Source of the DNA: Actinomycetota bacterium
GTDB lineage: Bacteria; Actinomycetota; Actinomycetes; JAKEEW01
NCBI GenBank assembly: GCA_046725875.1
Contig: JBKOZJ010000043.1
Location: forward strand, 2,608 to 66,607
DNA: 64,000 bases
Reading direction: 5' to 3'
Under the pieces are notes generated by a model. That model was not told the DNA's origin. It saw only the letters and a list, made by a program, of their open reading frames with translations, and ran no database searches. Shown here in pieces: positions 15,246 through 23,829 of the stretch. Numbering within the stretch: the first letter of the stretch is position 1; every line of letters starts with the position of its first letter. Both the position numbers and the translations under genes were made by a program.

Positions 15246-15974
15246 TCACGAATCCGCAACAGCTCCCACGGACGGGTCGAAGTCCGGGCCGCGGCGGCGC
15301 TTGCGTGCACGCTCCCGCGGAAGGGGGTCGAGCACGCGTTGGATCAGGCCAAACAGCCCTTCGACAACCAGTGCGTAGGCGGCGACGAGAATCGCGCCGG
15401 CCACAATCTCATCCTGGTCCTGCAGCCCGAAGCCACTGGTGATGATCCGCCCCAGTCCTGGCCCGGCAACTATCGCCGCGATGGTCGCCGTCGCGACTAC
15501 CTGGACTGCTGCGATCCGGAGGCCGTTCATAACCAGCGGGATCGCGAGCGGGAGCTCGACTCCCGTCACGAGCTGCCGGGCGCTCATGCCCATACCACGA
15601 GCCGCCTCGACGGTGTCACGGTCGACCTCGCGCATGCCGACGTACGCATTAGTCAGCAGCGGTGGGAGAGCGAACACAACGAGCGCGAGGATCGTAGCGA
15701 GCGTCCGCCGCTCGAACCCGAGCGGTAGCACAAGCAGTACGAGCACCGCGAACGTGGGGATCGCGCGACCGACGTTCGAGATGTTGATGGCGAGTGCGCC
15801 ACCTCGGCCGATGTGCCCGAGCCACAGCCCGATCGGGATCGCGATGATCGCCGCGGCGAACAGGGCGATCCCTGACACGTACGTGTGCTCCCAGAGCCGG
15901 CTCGCGACGCCTTCCGGACCACTCCAGTTGGCGCCGTCGGTTAGCCAGTCCCATGCTCCGGTCAGCCAGTCCAT
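15246..15974 (-). CDS. ABC permease (osmoprotectant type)
   Basis: GRAIPTFA, EAA loop EAARGMGMS, ELPLAIP. Confidence 0.92.
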   Translation of the reverse strand: MDWLTGAWDWLTDGANWSGPEGVASRLWEHTYVSGIALFAAAIIAIPIGLWLGHIGRGGALAINISNVGRAIPTFAVLVLLVLPLGFERRTLATILALVVFALPPLLTNAYVGMREVDRDTVEAARGMGMSARQLVTGVELPLAIPLVMNGLRIAAVQVVATATIAAIVAGPGLGRIITSGFGLQDQDEIVAGAILVAAYALVVEGLFGLIQRVLDPLPRERARKRRRGPDFDPSVGAVADS

Positions 15975-15977
15975 CTC

Positions 15978-16712
15978 TCACCCAGCCCTCCGACGCCAGG
16001 GCGTCAACCTGCTTTGCAGCCCTACGAGCAGCAGGTCTGCGACGATCGCGAGGACGACGCACAACACCGACGACGTAAAGACCTCGGCCTTGAAGTTGCT
16101 GCGATAGCCGCGATAAATGGCATTGCCGAGGCCGCCGAAACCGATGATGGCTCCAACCGTCGTCAGGGCGATCGCGGACACCATGGCCACCCGCAACCCA
16201 GCAAAGATCGCCGGCAGCGCTAGCGGCAGCTCCACCCGCAGCAGCATGCGTCCTGCCCCATAACCCATGCCACGCGCGGCTTCCACAGCGTCGGCAGGTA
16301 CAGAACGCAGCCCAGTGAGGACCGTGCGGACCAGTATCACCAGCGAGTAGATGGTGATGCCGATGATCACGGTCTTGATGGTCAGGCCGGTCAGTGGCTG
16401 CAGCAAAGCGAACAGCGCCAACGACGGGATCGTGTAGAGCATCGTGGATGTGCCCAGCACCGGACCCTCGAACGCGGTCCAGCGCCGCACCAGAAGCGCC
16501 AAGGGGAGCGACACTGCAAGCGCAAGCACCACGGACACGACGGTGATGTAGATGTGCTCGCCGATCATCTGCCGCAACTCGTCGCCGCGGGTCTGAACGT
16601 ACTCCCAGCAGACCCACTCATTGCGCGCCAAGCAAGAGTCGGAACGGCTGGCCGCATCGACGAGCACGTCACACACCGTATCTAACGTGCGGTGCGGCTC
16701 CACCGCGTCCAC
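15978..16712 (-). CDS. ABC permease (osmoprotectant type); start uncertain
   Basis: YTIPSLALF, EAARGMGYG, ELPLALP. Confidence 0.9.
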   Translation of the reverse strand: MDAVEPHRTLDTVCDVLVDAASRSDSCLARNEWVCWEYVQTRGDELRQMIGEHIYITVVSVVLALAVSLPLALLVRRWTAFEGPVLGTSTMLYTIPSLALFALLQPLTGLTIKTVIIGITIYSLVILVRTVLTGLRSVPADAVEAARGMGYGAGRMLLRVELPLALPAIFAGLRVAMVSAIALTTVGAIIGFGGLGNAIYRGYRSNFKAEVFTSSVLCVVLAIVADLLLVGLQSRLTPWRRRAG

Positions 16713-16830
16713 GACGACGGATGATGCCGTGCGCGGGGCATGTCATTCGACCTGCCACTCGGCTCGCTACGACCCTTATCGTTCCGTCCGGCTGCGCGAA
16801 GACGACGATCCTCTAGAGACCGCGTCGCCG

Positions 16831-17988
16831 TCAGGGACCCACCCCCATTGCCACGTCCTCCGACGACCCGTGCTCGTCGTCGAGCGATCTGATGGTCCCG
16901 GCAATCTCGGTTTGGTCGGCGACACCCACCACCACGCCATCGGCGTCGACGCCGACGGCCACTCCGACCGGCGAGAGCACGGCCGAGTCGAGGGCGGCCC
17001 GCATCGAGTCGGTGTCGGTCCGGAAGGTGTGCCCAATCGGGACGAGGCCACGGCTGATATCACCGCTGGGCGGCGCCCACCCCAGCGGGCGCCGGTGCTC
17101 GTCCACGACCAAAGCCGGCTCGCCCACCCTGGAAGGCGGTGCGGCCGCACTGGCAGCCGTCGGCGTTGGCGACGCCACGGCGCCGGCGCGGGTTGGGCGG
17201 GTCACCGTCAACGGCTCGCGCAACGGCAGCGATTTGGCGTCGAAGAACGACAGCCGGCGAAAGCCGCGGTCGTAGCCGAGGAAGGACTCGACGAACTTGT
17301 CTGCCGGCTCGGCGAGCAGGTGCTCAGGCGTCGCGAACTGCACGAGCTTGCCGCCGATCCGGAGCACGGCGATCCGGTCGCCCAGCTTGATCGCCTCGTC
17401 GATGTCGTGGGTGACGAAGACGATCGTCTTCTCGAGCTCCTGCTGGAGTCGGAGAAACTCCTGTTGCAGCTCGCTGCGGACCACTGGGTCGACCGCGCTG
17501 AAGGGCTCGTCCAACAGCAGGATCGGCGGGTCGGCCGCGAGCGCCCGGGCAACACCCACCCGCTGCTGCTGCCCGCCCGAGAGCTGGTAGGGGTAGCGCT
17601 TCGCCATCGCCGCCGGCAACCCGACGGTCTCCATGAGCTCGAGCGCCCGGGCCCGGGCCCGCTTCCGATCCCATCCGAGCAGATGCGGCACGGTGGCCAC
17701 GTTCTCGACGATCGTCCGATGCGGGAACAGGCCGACCTGCTGGATAACGTAGCCGATCCCACGGCGCAGCTGAGCCGCTGGCTTGGACCGCACGTCCTCA
17801 CCGTCGATGAGGACCCGACCTGAGGTCGGCTCGACCATCCGATTGATCATTCGTACGGCAGTGGTCTTGCCACTTCCCGAGGTGCCGACGAACACCGTCG
17901 TCTTTCCAGTCGGACACTCGAGCGAAAGATCGTCGAGAGCCACCGTGCCGTCTTCGTAGCGCTTGGTCACGTTCTCGAACGTGATCAC
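16831..17988 (-). CDS. ABC ATP-binding subunit (osmoprotectant type)
   Basis: GTSGSGKT, LSGGQQQRV, LLLDEPF; GTG start with GAGAGG RBS. Confidence 0.93.
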   Translation of the reverse strand: MITFENVTKRYEDGTVALDDLSLECPTGKTTVFVGTSGSGKTTAVRMINRMVEPTSGRVLIDGEDVRSKPAAQLRRGIGYVIQQVGLFPHRTIVENVATVPHLLGWDRKRARARALELMETVGLPAAMAKRYPYQLSGGQQQRVGVARALAADPPILLLDEPFSAVDPVVRSELQQEFLRLQQELEKTIVFVTHDIDEAIKLGDRIAVLRIGGKLVQFATPEHLLAEPADKFVESFLGYDRGFRRLSFFDAKSLPLREPLTVTRPTRAGAVASPTPTAASAAAPPSRVGEPALVVDEHRRPLGWAPPSGDISRGLVPIGHTFRTDTDSMRAALDSAVLSPVGVAVGVDADGVVVGVADQTEIAGTIRSLDDEHGSSEDVAMGVGP

Positions 17989-18299
17989 GACGGGCGCCTC
18001 TCGGTTGGCGCGGCCCTGTCCACCGCTCTGGGGGCCAATACTTCCACCCGGTACCGACAAAGCGGGCAGGTGGATCACCCAAGCCTGGCGTGATCCCGCC
18101 AGTGCCGGCATCCGTGCGGTCGGCCGCGAAGCCGCCAGTTTGGGTCCGCGCCCGACCACCCGCCGGGCGGACGGTGGTCATACGCTGTCGCCCAAGGGTT
18201 GTGCCTACCCCGGGAACCCCTCGCCGGAGGAATCGGTCCACTCATGCAGCTCGTCATCGTCATCCCGTCCGAGCACCAGCCGGCTGGTGGAGGCCACGC

Positions 18300-20510
18300 A
18301 TGATGGCCGCACGCGCCGCCCTAGGCATCACCATTGCGCTGATCGCGTTGGCGATCGCGGCCCGCCGGCTGATCTGGCTCTTCCGGCTGATGCAGACTGG
18401 GCAGCCCAGCCCGGATCGGCTGGCGATCGGTAAGTTCATCCGAACACAGCTAGTCGAGGTATTCGGCCAGCGAAGGCTGCTGCAGTGGTCGGTCCCGGGA
18501 CTTGCCCACTTCTTCACGTTCTGGGGCTTCGTCATCCTCGCCGCCACCATTGTCGAGGCGTTCGGGGCGCTCTTCGTCCGCGACTTCGCGATACCAGTGA
18601 TCGGGCACAGCCCAGTGCTGGGCTTCCTCGAGGACTTCTTCGCGGTCGCCGTGCTCGTGGCGCTCGCCACCTTCTCCGTTCTCCGGATTGGCCAGGCGCC
18701 CGAACGAAGGCACCGGGCCTCGCGGTTCTACGGCTCGCACACCGGTGCCGCCTGGGTGATCCTGGGCATGATCACCGCGGTCATCGTGACGCTGCTGCTC
18801 TATCGCGCGGCGCAAGTGAACACCGGCAACTTCCCGTTCGCGTCCGGGGCCTTCGCCTCCGAGCTGCTGGCCAAGGCGCTCGAACCGCTGGGCGAGACCG
18901 CCAACGATGTCATCGAGACGGTCTTCATCCTGGGCCAGGTCGGAGTCATCCTCGGCTTCCTGGTGCTGGTGGTCTACTCCAAGCACCTGCACATCTTTCT
19001 GGCGCCGCTCAATGTCGCGAAGAAGCGCCAGCCCGAGGCGCTCGGTGCGCTGCTGCCGATGATGTCGAACGGCAAGGCAGTGGACTTCGAGGATCCGGGC
19101 GAGGACGACATCTTCGGTGTCGGCAAGGTCGAGGATTTCAAATGGACAGCAATGCTGGACTTCGCCACGTGCACCGAGTGCGGGCGGTGTCAGAGCCAGT
19201 GCCCCGCCTGGGCGACCGACAAGCCGCTGTCACCCAAACTCGTGATCATGGATCTCCGCGATCACCTGTTCGCGAAGGCTCCGCATTTGCTGGCCGACTC
19301 CGACCAGCACGGAGAGGATCCCCTGGACAAGACGACTGGGATCGAGGCGGCCGGCGCCGCAAGCACGAAGCCTGGTCACCGCGGTGTGCCCGAGTCTGGC
19401 TTCGGTCGCATTCTCGGCTCCGGCCCCGAGCAGGCGGAGCGCCCGCTCGTCGGCGGCGATGACGAGGGTGGTGTGATCGACCCGGATGTCTTGTGGTCAT
19501 GCGTGACCTGTGGCGCCTGCGTACACGAGTGCCCCGTCGACATCGAGCACGTCGACCACATTGTGGACATGCGTCGCCACAAGGTGCTTGTCGACAGCGA
19601 CTTCCCCAGCGAGTTGTCGGGCCTCTTCAAGAACCTCGAGAAGGCCGGCAACCCCTGGGGCATGAGCGCGGCAAGCCGGCTGGACTGGGCTGCCGACCTC
19701 CCCTTCGAGCTCAAGGTCGTCGGGGACAACGTCGAGGATCTCTCCGAGGTCGAGTGGTTGCTCTGGGTGGGCTGCGCCGGCGCGTACGAGGACCGAGCCA
19801 AGCGGACGACCCGGGCGGTGGCCGAGCTCCTCCACACGGCTGGCGTGTCGTTCGCGGTGCTCGCCGGCGAGACGTGTACGGGCGACCCGGCGCGGCGAGC
19901 TGGAAACGAATTCGTCTTCCACATGCTGGCCAGCGAGAACGTCGAGAACCTACAGGCGTCGAAGGCGGTCCGGGTGGTCGCCAGCTGTGCGCATTGCTTC
20001 AACGCGATCAAGAACGAGTATCCGCAACTCGGCGTCTCTGTTGAGGTCGTGCACCACACCCAGCTGCTCAACCGACTGGTCCGGGAGGGCCGGTTGCGGC
20101 CCGTGCCACCGGCGGCCGAGTCGGACGGTGCGATGCCGATCACGTACCACGACCCGTGCTATATCGGGCGACACAACCAGGTGTACGAGCCCCCGCGCGA
20201 GCTCATCGGTGCCCTGCCGGAGGTCGAGTATCGCGAGATGCCACGCCACTCCGAGCGGTCGTTCTGCTGCGGAGCCGGCGGTGCGCGAATGTGGATGGAG
20301 GAGCGGATCGGTAGCCGGATCAACACGACCCGCACGGATGAGGCGCTGGCCACGGGTGCGCAGCGGATCGCGACGGCCTGCCCGTACTGCAAGATCATGC
20401 TCGGCGACGCGGTGACGACGGCGCAGGCCAGCGGCACGGCCGGACCCGAGGTCGAGGTGCTGGACGTCGCCCAGCTCCTCCTCGCCGCCGTCAAACGGGG
20501 CGAAACCTGA
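18300..20510 (+). CDS. Membrane Fe-S oxidoreductase (FadF/Rv0338c-EtfD-like)
   Basis: N-terminal TM helices, CTECGRCQSQCP and CVTCGACVHECP ferredoxin motifs, two cysteine-rich CCG-type domains. Confidence 0.9.
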   Translation: MMAARAALGITIALIALAIAARRLIWLFRLMQTGQPSPDRLAIGKFIRTQLVEVFGQRRLLQWSVPGLAHFFTFWGFVILAATIVEAFGALFVRDFAIPVIGHSPVLGFLEDFFAVAVLVALATFSVLRIGQAPERRHRASRFYGSHTGAAWVILGMITAVIVTLLLYRAAQVNTGNFPFASGAFASELLAKALEPLGETANDVIETVFILGQVGVILGFLVLVVYSKHLHIFLAPLNVAKKRQPEALGALLPMMSNGKAVDFEDPGEDDIFGVGKVEDFKWTAMLDFATCTECGRCQSQCPAWATDKPLSPKLVIMDLRDHLFAKAPHLLADSDQHGEDPLDKTTGIEAAGAASTKPGHRGVPESGFGRILGSGPEQAERPLVGGDDEGGVIDPDVLWSCVTCGACVHECPVDIEHVDHIVDMRRHKVLVDSDFPSELSGLFKNLEKAGNPWGMSAASRLDWAADLPFELKVVGDNVEDLSEVEWLLWVGCAGAYEDRAKRTTRAVAELLHTAGVSFAVLAGETCTGDPARRAGNEFVFHMLASENVENLQASKAVRVVASCAHCFNAIKNEYPQLGVSVEVVHHTQLLNRLVREGRLRPVPPAAESDGAMPITYHDPCYIGRHNQVYEPPRELIGALPEVEYREMPRHSERSFCCGAGGARMWMEERIGSRINTTRTDEALATGAQRIATACPYCKIMLGDAVTTAQASGTAGPEVEVLDVAQLLLAAVKRGET

Positions 20511-20657
20511 GTCGGCCCCTACGTGCAGCATGTTGGTTGCGACCCGCCCCGGCGATCGATCGCAGCGTCAGTAAGCCCGCGCTGGGCATCCGGTGCTACC
20601 TACGCTCACCACGGCTGATCCGTCGGCCGACAGCGATCGATCATTGTATCGGTGCCC

Positions 20658-21233
20658 TCACACATCGCTGCGATGGAAGTTGAGGTACGACCTGGATGGT
20701 GTCGGCCCACGCTGCCCCTGGTAGCGGGAGCCGTACTGCATCGAGCCGTACGGATGCTCCGCTGGTGAAGAGAGCCGGAACAGGCAGAGCTGACCGATCT
20801 TCATCCCGGGCCACAGCTTGATCGGCAGGTTCGCCACGTTCGAGAGCTCGAGCGTGACGTGTCCGTTGAAGCCGGGGTCGATCCAACCGGCCGTGGAATG
20901 TGTCAAAAGACCCAAACGACCCAAACTCGATTTACCTTCCAGCCTGGCCGCAACGTCCTCCGGGAGGGTGAAGATCTCGTACGTGGAGGCGAGGACGAAC
21001 TCGCCGGGGTGAAGTATGAAAGGGTCCGCGCCCTCCGGCTCGACGAGTCTGGTCAGATCTGCCTGCTCGACGGCGGGGTCGATATGCGGGTAGCGGTGGT
21101 TCTCGAATACTCGGAAGTAGCGGTCCAGCCGTACGTCGATGCTCGACGGCTGGATCATCTCGGGGTCGTACGGCTCGATGCCAACCCGACCCTTCTCGAT
21201 CTCCGTCCGGATGTCCCGGTCAGACAGCAGCAC
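20658..21233 (-). CDS. dcd: dCTP deaminase
   Basis: [45 protein letters not shown]. Confidence 0.97.
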   Translation of the reverse strand: MLLSDRDIRTEIEKGRVGIEPYDPEMIQPSSIDVRLDRYFRVFENHRYPHIDPAVEQADLTRLVEPEGADPFILHPGEFVLASTYEIFTLPEDVAARLEGKSSLGRLGLLTHSTAGWIDPGFNGHVTLELSNVANLPIKLWPGMKIGQLCLFRLSSPAEHPYGSMQYGSRYQGQRGPTPSRSYLNFHRSDV

Positions 21234-21580
21234 GCCCGCGAGGCTACCGCCTGGTCGAGCGTCGACTTGCTGACCACTCACGCTTCCACCGAGCACAGCG
21301 CTCGGGGCCGTAATCTGGTTCCTCCTCGTCCATGAGATCGTCGACCCTGCGCCCGGTGGATCTTGCCAAGCTGATCGATCGTCAACTCGACGTACTCGGC
21401 CCTCACGCGCGGGAAGGTGTGATTGCCGCGCTCACCCGACGGGGTTCGTGCCAGACCGCTACCGCTCCTCTAATTGGCCGGTGCAGGGTCGGTCGCCAGG
21501 ACTCCTATGACCGGGATGCCGAGCCGCTCGCCGGCCCCGTTCAGGTACACTCGTGGCGCTTGGCGCCGCCAGGGCGCCGC

Positions 21581-21654
21581 GCGGGTGTAGTTCAATGGCA
21601 GAACGTCAGCTTCCCAAGCTGATAGTGGGGGTTCGATTCCCCTCACCCGCTCCA
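21581..21654 (+). tRNA. tRNA-Gly(CCC)
   Basis: Acceptor stem GCGGGTG/CACCCGC, anticodon arm TCAGC-TTCCCAA-GCTGA, TTCGATT T-loop, encoded CCA; TACACT box at 21546-21551. Confidence 0.98.
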
Positions 21655-21800
21655 AGCCAAGAGCCCAACCAAGCGAGGGGTCGCCACGGCCGGCCAGCTC
21701 GCCTCGGTCGCTGGCCTCGGGTCGACTGCCCCCGTCGGCTTGGAACCGTGGGTAGGAGATTCTGTGCGCCTCTTTACGGGCTCGGGTTGTGGCGCGGTGG

Positions 21801-22418
21801 CTAATCAGGGAGCTGGTAATGCGCTGTCCAATAATTGTTAGCAGCGGATAGGAGTAGCCGTTTCGTCCCTTCCTGGCCTTCGGCGTCGCCTAGATCGCAA
21901 AAGCAGGCGCATTGGCGCAGGTTCCGGTCGGCGGACAGGCACAGCATTACGCCGGTGATGCGAATGCTCCTGGCCACTTCGTCGAGTTCGTCGACCCCTG
22001 GTGGTGGGATGCGATCGGCGAGCTCCGCGGCGAAGACGCGTTCGACCCTTCCGAGCCCGAGCATGTCTCCGATGGCTGTGGTGCTCTGACCAACGGCGTG
22101 GTGAAGATCGGTCTTTCCCTCCAGGATCTTGTTGGCAAGTTGCGCCAGGCGCTCGCAACGCCTCCGATGTGACCCGGTTAGGAGCCGCTGCCATGTCTGG
22201 TGGGTGACGTACTTGGCGACGCGTTCGGCGACGGCAGCTGCCCAACCGTCATGGATGGCGTCGGCGACGTCCTTCGCCGCTATCTCAAACCAGGTATCCC
22301 GCCCCTCGCATGCGGCAATGAAACGCTGCCAGTCGGACAGGGCCGGCTCTGCGCCGGGTTGGCCGGGATCGGGTCGACTGGTTTGCGACGGTGGCTGGGC
22401 TTCACCCGAGGACGACAT
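21801..22418 (-). CDS. Hypothetical protein (205 aa)
   Basis: GGAGGA RBS before ATG 22418; helical-looking sequence with Cys cluster CLSADRNLRQCACFC. Confidence 0.6.
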   Translation of the reverse strand: MSSSGEAQPPSQTSRPDPGQPGAEPALSDWQRFIAACEGRDTWFEIAAKDVADAIHDGWAAAVAERVAKYVTHQTWQRLLTGSHRRRCERLAQLANKILEGKTDLHHAVGQSTTAIGDMLGLGRVERVFAAELADRIPPPGVDELDEVARSIRITGVMLCLSADRNLRQCACFCDLGDAEGQEGTKRLLLSAANNYWTAHYQLPD

Positions 22419-22466
22419 GCCCTGAGCGTCCCTCCCACGGCGGGCACGTTGCAAGCCGCGAGCCGA

Positions 22467-22588
22467 TGTGCCGGGTTTCTTCTGCCTTGGAGGTGATCCA
22501 TGTCTGGCCCACTTAACCAGTCGCGGTTAGAAATACCAGATCAGGGGCTCGCCCCAGGTGCGGGGCTCACCACCGGATGCCCGGCACG
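22467..22588. ncRNA. Candidate structured RNA element
   Basis: Closing stem GTGCCGGG/CCCGGCAC, GGAGGTGA paired with TCACCACC, two internal hairpins; see findings. Confidence 0.45.
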
Positions 22589-22823
22589 CGTTGGCGTGCC
22601 GGCCGCGTGATCTCGGGATAGTCGGCCGGCGGAACTGGTCGTGGTGGCCCAATGGTTCACGTTGCTGACTAGGAATGAGCGCCCGCAGTCGACGCGTGCG
22701 CTCCGCTGTCCGGGATGCGTACATAGAAGCCGCGGATTGGTAGCGCCGGGCCTACCCGGAGCGGCAGGATGATCGAATGGCCGGCGATATCGCCATCTCG
22801 GCCGGCACCGTGAGGAGGACCAG

Positions 22824-23267
22824 TTGTCCAGCTCCGCACCCGCCGACGACCAGCGTCGCAGGCTTACCGAGGACGAATGCCTTGCGCTTCTCGCGCGTCC
22901 GCTGGTCGGAGTCTTTTCGACGATCGGGGAGAGCGGGTGGATACACTCCGTACCCGTCTTCTTTAGCTATGCCGATGGTGAGATCAGGGTGTTGGCGGGC
23001 GCGGACGACGTGAAGACCCGTAACGCGACGCGCGCCGGACACGCCACTCTCTGCGTCGAGGCAACCGACGGCTCGGTACGCAATTATGTAAGCCTTTCTG
23101 GACCGGTGACGGTTCGCAGACCGCCGAGCGAGCAGGACTTGACTGCTCTCGACGAGCGCTACTCGCGCACGGATTTCGCGTCTGGCTGGGATGACGCGGC
23201 CTTCGCTTCGGCGGTGATGCTCGTGCTGGTCCCGCGTCGACAAATCGCCTGGTCCGATTGGGATTAG
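22824..23267 (+). CDS. Pyridoxamine 5'-phosphate oxidase-like (split barrel) protein
   Basis: GAGGAGG RBS + TTG; GVFSTIGESGWIHSVPVFF...KTRN...ATLCVE...YVSLSG. Confidence 0.8.
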   Translation: MSSSAPADDQRRRLTEDECLALLARPLVGVFSTIGESGWIHSVPVFFSYADGEIRVLAGADDVKTRNATRAGHATLCVEATDGSVRNYVSLSGPVTVRRPPSEQDLTALDERYSRTDFASGWDDAAFASAVMLVLVPRRQIAWSDWD

Positions 23268-23387
23268 GTGAGCCGACGCGAACAGCGGCTTAACGTGGTC
23301 GTGTCGATCGCTCCGCGCTGGGTAGACGTTGGCGGCGGCACCGAGAAGTCGCCGAGCGAGCGGCTTCCCTACGGAGGTACAACGGCT

Positions 23388-23648
23388 ATGGGTATCGGCG
23401 TAAGCATCTTCCTAATTGCGGTGGGAGCCATCCTGACCTTCGCAATCAACGCGGAGGTAGCCGGAGTCGACATCGACGTCATCGGACTAATCCTCATGAT
23501 CGCAGGCGCCCTGGGTTTGCTGTGGACGTTGCTCATCTGGGGCCCGCGACGGCGTGCCGGGACGGTCGTCGAGGATCGTCCGATCGAGGATCGTCCGGTC
23601 GAGCGCCGAATCGAGCGGCGGGTCTACGACGAGGGGCCAGAGCTCTGA
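23388..23648 (+). CDS. Small two-TM protein (DUF6458-like)
   Basis: MGIGVSIFLIAVGAILTFA...GVDIDVIGLILMIAG; GGAGG RBS; 15-bp tandem unit encoding VEDRP-IEDRP. Confidence 0.85.
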   Translation: MGIGVSIFLIAVGAILTFAINAEVAGVDIDVIGLILMIAGALGLLWTLLIWGPRRRAGTVVEDRPIEDRPVERRIERRVYDEGPEL

Positions 23649-23829
23649 TAGCCCGGATCGCTGGGCAATCGTAACCGTCAGCGGATGGGCCATGCGTCGC
23701 GTTCCTGGCAGACCGTAATGGTTGGCGCGGCTTTGGCCCGCGCCCGCCACCTGTCCGAGGCGGTCACCGACCGGCGCTGGCTTGAATGCCTTGTCGAGTT
23801 GGAATCCCCGGGCAGCTCGCTCGGTACCA

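Noticed and set aside
21470-21655. 61-aa ORF MERVRGIEP...
   Set aside because: Antisense translation of the tRNA gene
23301-23324. GTGT-N15-GGGTA stress-sigma-like promoter before the small membrane protein
   Set aside because: Weak -35 match; cannot be supported without TSS data
23568-23597. 15-bp tandem repeat
   Set aside because: In-frame VEDRP/IEDRP duplication in a low-complexity tail; not a CRISPR or regulatory repeat
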